A stretch of 64,000 nt of DNA from Dehalococcoidia bacterium (lineage in GTDB: Bacteria > Chloroflexota > Dehalococcoidia > Lucifugimonadales > UBA3495): NCBI GenBank assembly GCA_963664625.1, contig OY761541.1, forward strand, positions 1,410,204 to 1,474,203. The letters are read 5' to 3'. Shown one piece after another: positions 62,585-64,000 of this stretch. Within the stretch, counting starts at the first letter, position 1. Each line of letters starts with the position of its first letter. The notes beneath the pieces are model-generated. The model searched no databases. It was not told where the DNA came from and saw nothing but the letters and a program-made list of their open reading frames with translations. The position numbers and the translations under genes are program-made.

Positions 62585-64000
62585 ATGAGTTCGGATAGCC
62601 AACAGCAACCTCCGTCGCCCCTCGCCGCGCCTGCCGTCAACCCGGGTTTCCTCAAGGCGTTGGACGAACTGGCAGAGCTGGCAAGACAAGGGCAGCCGGA
62701 GGAGAGCCAGTTTTTCAATCCTCCCGTCGAATGGCTCCAGCAGCAAATGCCGGTCCTTCAGGATATGCCAAAAGAGGCGCAGGAGCGGATATTCGCCGAA
62801 GCTGACGCCATCGACCAGGAAGCAGAGGAGGCCAATGCTGCGGGCAGGGCCGCCACAAGGGCATGGCCCGAGGTGGTTGTCAGGCTGGACAGCGGCGGGC
62901 TGGCGTTTTTCAGTCAACTGGGGGTCGTCCGCCGGCCGGACCTTACCCAGTACTTCGTAGATGACTTCGTTCAAAATCGTGACGCGCTGTCCTTCAGCGA
63001 GGCCAACCAAGCCCTCTTTGCCGAAGTGTTGGAATACATCAACGATTACATGCGGAGCCAGTTCGCCTCGGGGCAGACCATCATCCAGACCGACCGGCAG
63101 ATTTGCGACGCGCCGGGCCGGTCATTCCATGCGCGCCAGTTGCTTTTCGGCGCCCGCTACATGCAAATTCCCATCATGTGGCGGCAGCTTACCTTCGACT
63201 TGCCTGAAGAGGAGCGGACTTCACCGCCGGATATTCTGGAAGTGACCATCCCCCACTGGCTGGATGACCTGGGCCTGCCCGACGGTCTCAAGGCCCGGAT
63301 AGAAGAGTCGGGCCTGACCAAGCTGATCTTCAAAGCGCCTACCAAGGGGCTCTCGCTGCATCTTGGCTTCGATTACGTGGGCGAGCACAAGATGGGGCCG
63401 CTCTCCATCGCCATGTTCCTGGTCAAGCAGGCCAAGGGACTGGCCATACAGGCCGCCTTGAGCATGGCCAGGGTAAAGACCTTGGAGGGCGCGGCCAAGA
63501 ACACCGCCATGATTACGGTGGGGCCGTCTCTCCACGGAAAGAGCACCCTTACCATAATGATCGAGTTGGCCAACAGCGATCTGGCGCGGCTCCTCTCCCT
63601 GGAAGAGGACCAGGAAGAGGGCGTGTACCCGATGAACGACGACATCGTGTTGCTGCAACCTCTTTCCGAACCCGTGGAGGTCGAGCACAACGGCCGCAGG
63701 GTGCGCATCACCCACGGAATCGACGGCACCGAGAACAACTTCTACGCCATGCCCTTCGGGTTGAACCAGGAAGAGGACCCCATCACCTATCAAGCCATCC
63801 GCGGCACCAAGGACGCTCCCAACGACCAGGAAACCGTGGAGAACGTTCCGGTCGACATGCCATCAATCGGGGCACGGGAAGACGGCGTTCCCAACTATAT
63901 GCTGAACCCGGTCCGCAACATGCGGGTCACATTGTCCCGGCCCAGGTTGATCGACAGGAAAAACGCCCGCCACCTGATTGAGGACATTACCAACGGGCGA
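62585..64000 (+). CDS. divergent PEP-carboxykinase(ATP)-like P-loop protein (3' end outside window; not in the ORF track)
   Basis: My own translation from ATG 62585 is open for 472 codons to the window edge. GPSLHGKSTLT compares with PEPCK GLSGTGKTTLS, MNDDIVLL with GDDEHGW, GIDGTENNFYAM with NFEGGCYAK, and ETVENV with LENV. The minus-strand ORFs listed here are shadows. Confidence 0.5.
   Translation, partial: MSSDSQQQPPSPLAAPAVNPGFLKALDELAELARQGQPEESQFFNPPVEWLQQQMPVLQDMPKEAQERIFAEADAIDQEAEEANAAGRAATRAWPEVVVRLDSGGLAFFSQLGVVRRPDLTQYFVDDFVQNRDALSFSEANQALFAEVLEYINDYMRSQFASGQTIIQTDRQICDAPGRSFHARQLLFGARYMQIPIMWRQLTFDLPEEERTSPPDILEVTIPHWLDDLGLPDGLKARIEESGLTKLIFKAPTKGLSLHLGFDYVGEHKMGPLSIAMFLVKQAKGLAIQAALSMARVKTLEGAAKNTAMITVGPSLHGKSTLTIMIELANSDLARLLSLEEDQEEGVYPMNDDIVLLQPLSEPVEVEHNGRRVRITHGIDGTENNFYAMPFGLNQEEDPITYQAIRGTKDAPNDQETVENVPVDMPSIGAREDGVPNYMLNPVRNMRVTLSRPRLIDRKNARHLIEDITNGR

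Overview
This is a high-GC bacterial chromosomal segment. The Uma2, PaREP1-like and clan-AA protease families, plus dense REP-like hairpin repeats, suggest a Chloroflexota-like environmental lineage, but the taxon cannot be proven from sequence alone. I support about 55 protein genes and recognised no rRNA, tRNA or CRISPR array.

**Housekeeping backbone:**
- tsaD (3' part), ilvB behind a T-box leader, fumC and a GMC oxidoreductase
- three TPP/AHAS-like enzymes, mtaB, and glnS-gltX
- a hydrolase-lspA-rluD operon, ltaE, rarA and a ybaK-like deacylase
- an ABC-2 exporter, an MFS transporter, an aldo/keto reductase and an XDH-family molybdoenzyme
- a frameshifted acyl-CoA carboxylase beta subunit

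**Defence and mobile islets.** These are small and, by eye, AT-richer than the backbone, and they sit between the housekeeping genes:
- a 1335-bp IS3-family element with 27-bp inverted repeats (IRs) and a 3-bp CAC target duplication, which cleanly splits the methyltransferase of a type II R-M pair
- a second R-M with a paralogous methyltransferase and an Eco29kI-type GIY-YIG nuclease
- an AIPR abortive-infection gene
- two unrelated, translationally coupled cassettes of an ABC-type ATPase plus a small partner (one TOPRIM/DUF4276-like, one PD-(D/E)xK-like); these are my best candidates for an uncharacterised system
- mazEF, DUF4258/DUF2283, an orphan higA and a hicB-like fusion
- a clan-AA aspartic protease pair and two PaREP1/HEPN-like paralogues
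- a diverged ~100-bp duplicate of the ltaE 3' end that brackets a 1.8-kb insert carrying a multi-zinc-ribbon protein and higA

**Non-coding structure:**
- 16 copies of a 26-bp palindromic REP; all copies left of ~45 kb are in one orientation and all copies right of ~47.6 kb are in the other, and one copy is in frame inside mtaB
- a second hairpin-repeat family with GTAGGGGCA heads
- a 25-bp IR pair inside a 1.1-kb gene-free stretch
- a 1-kb gene-free stretch upstream of an atypical response regulator
- a 33-bp coding tandem array
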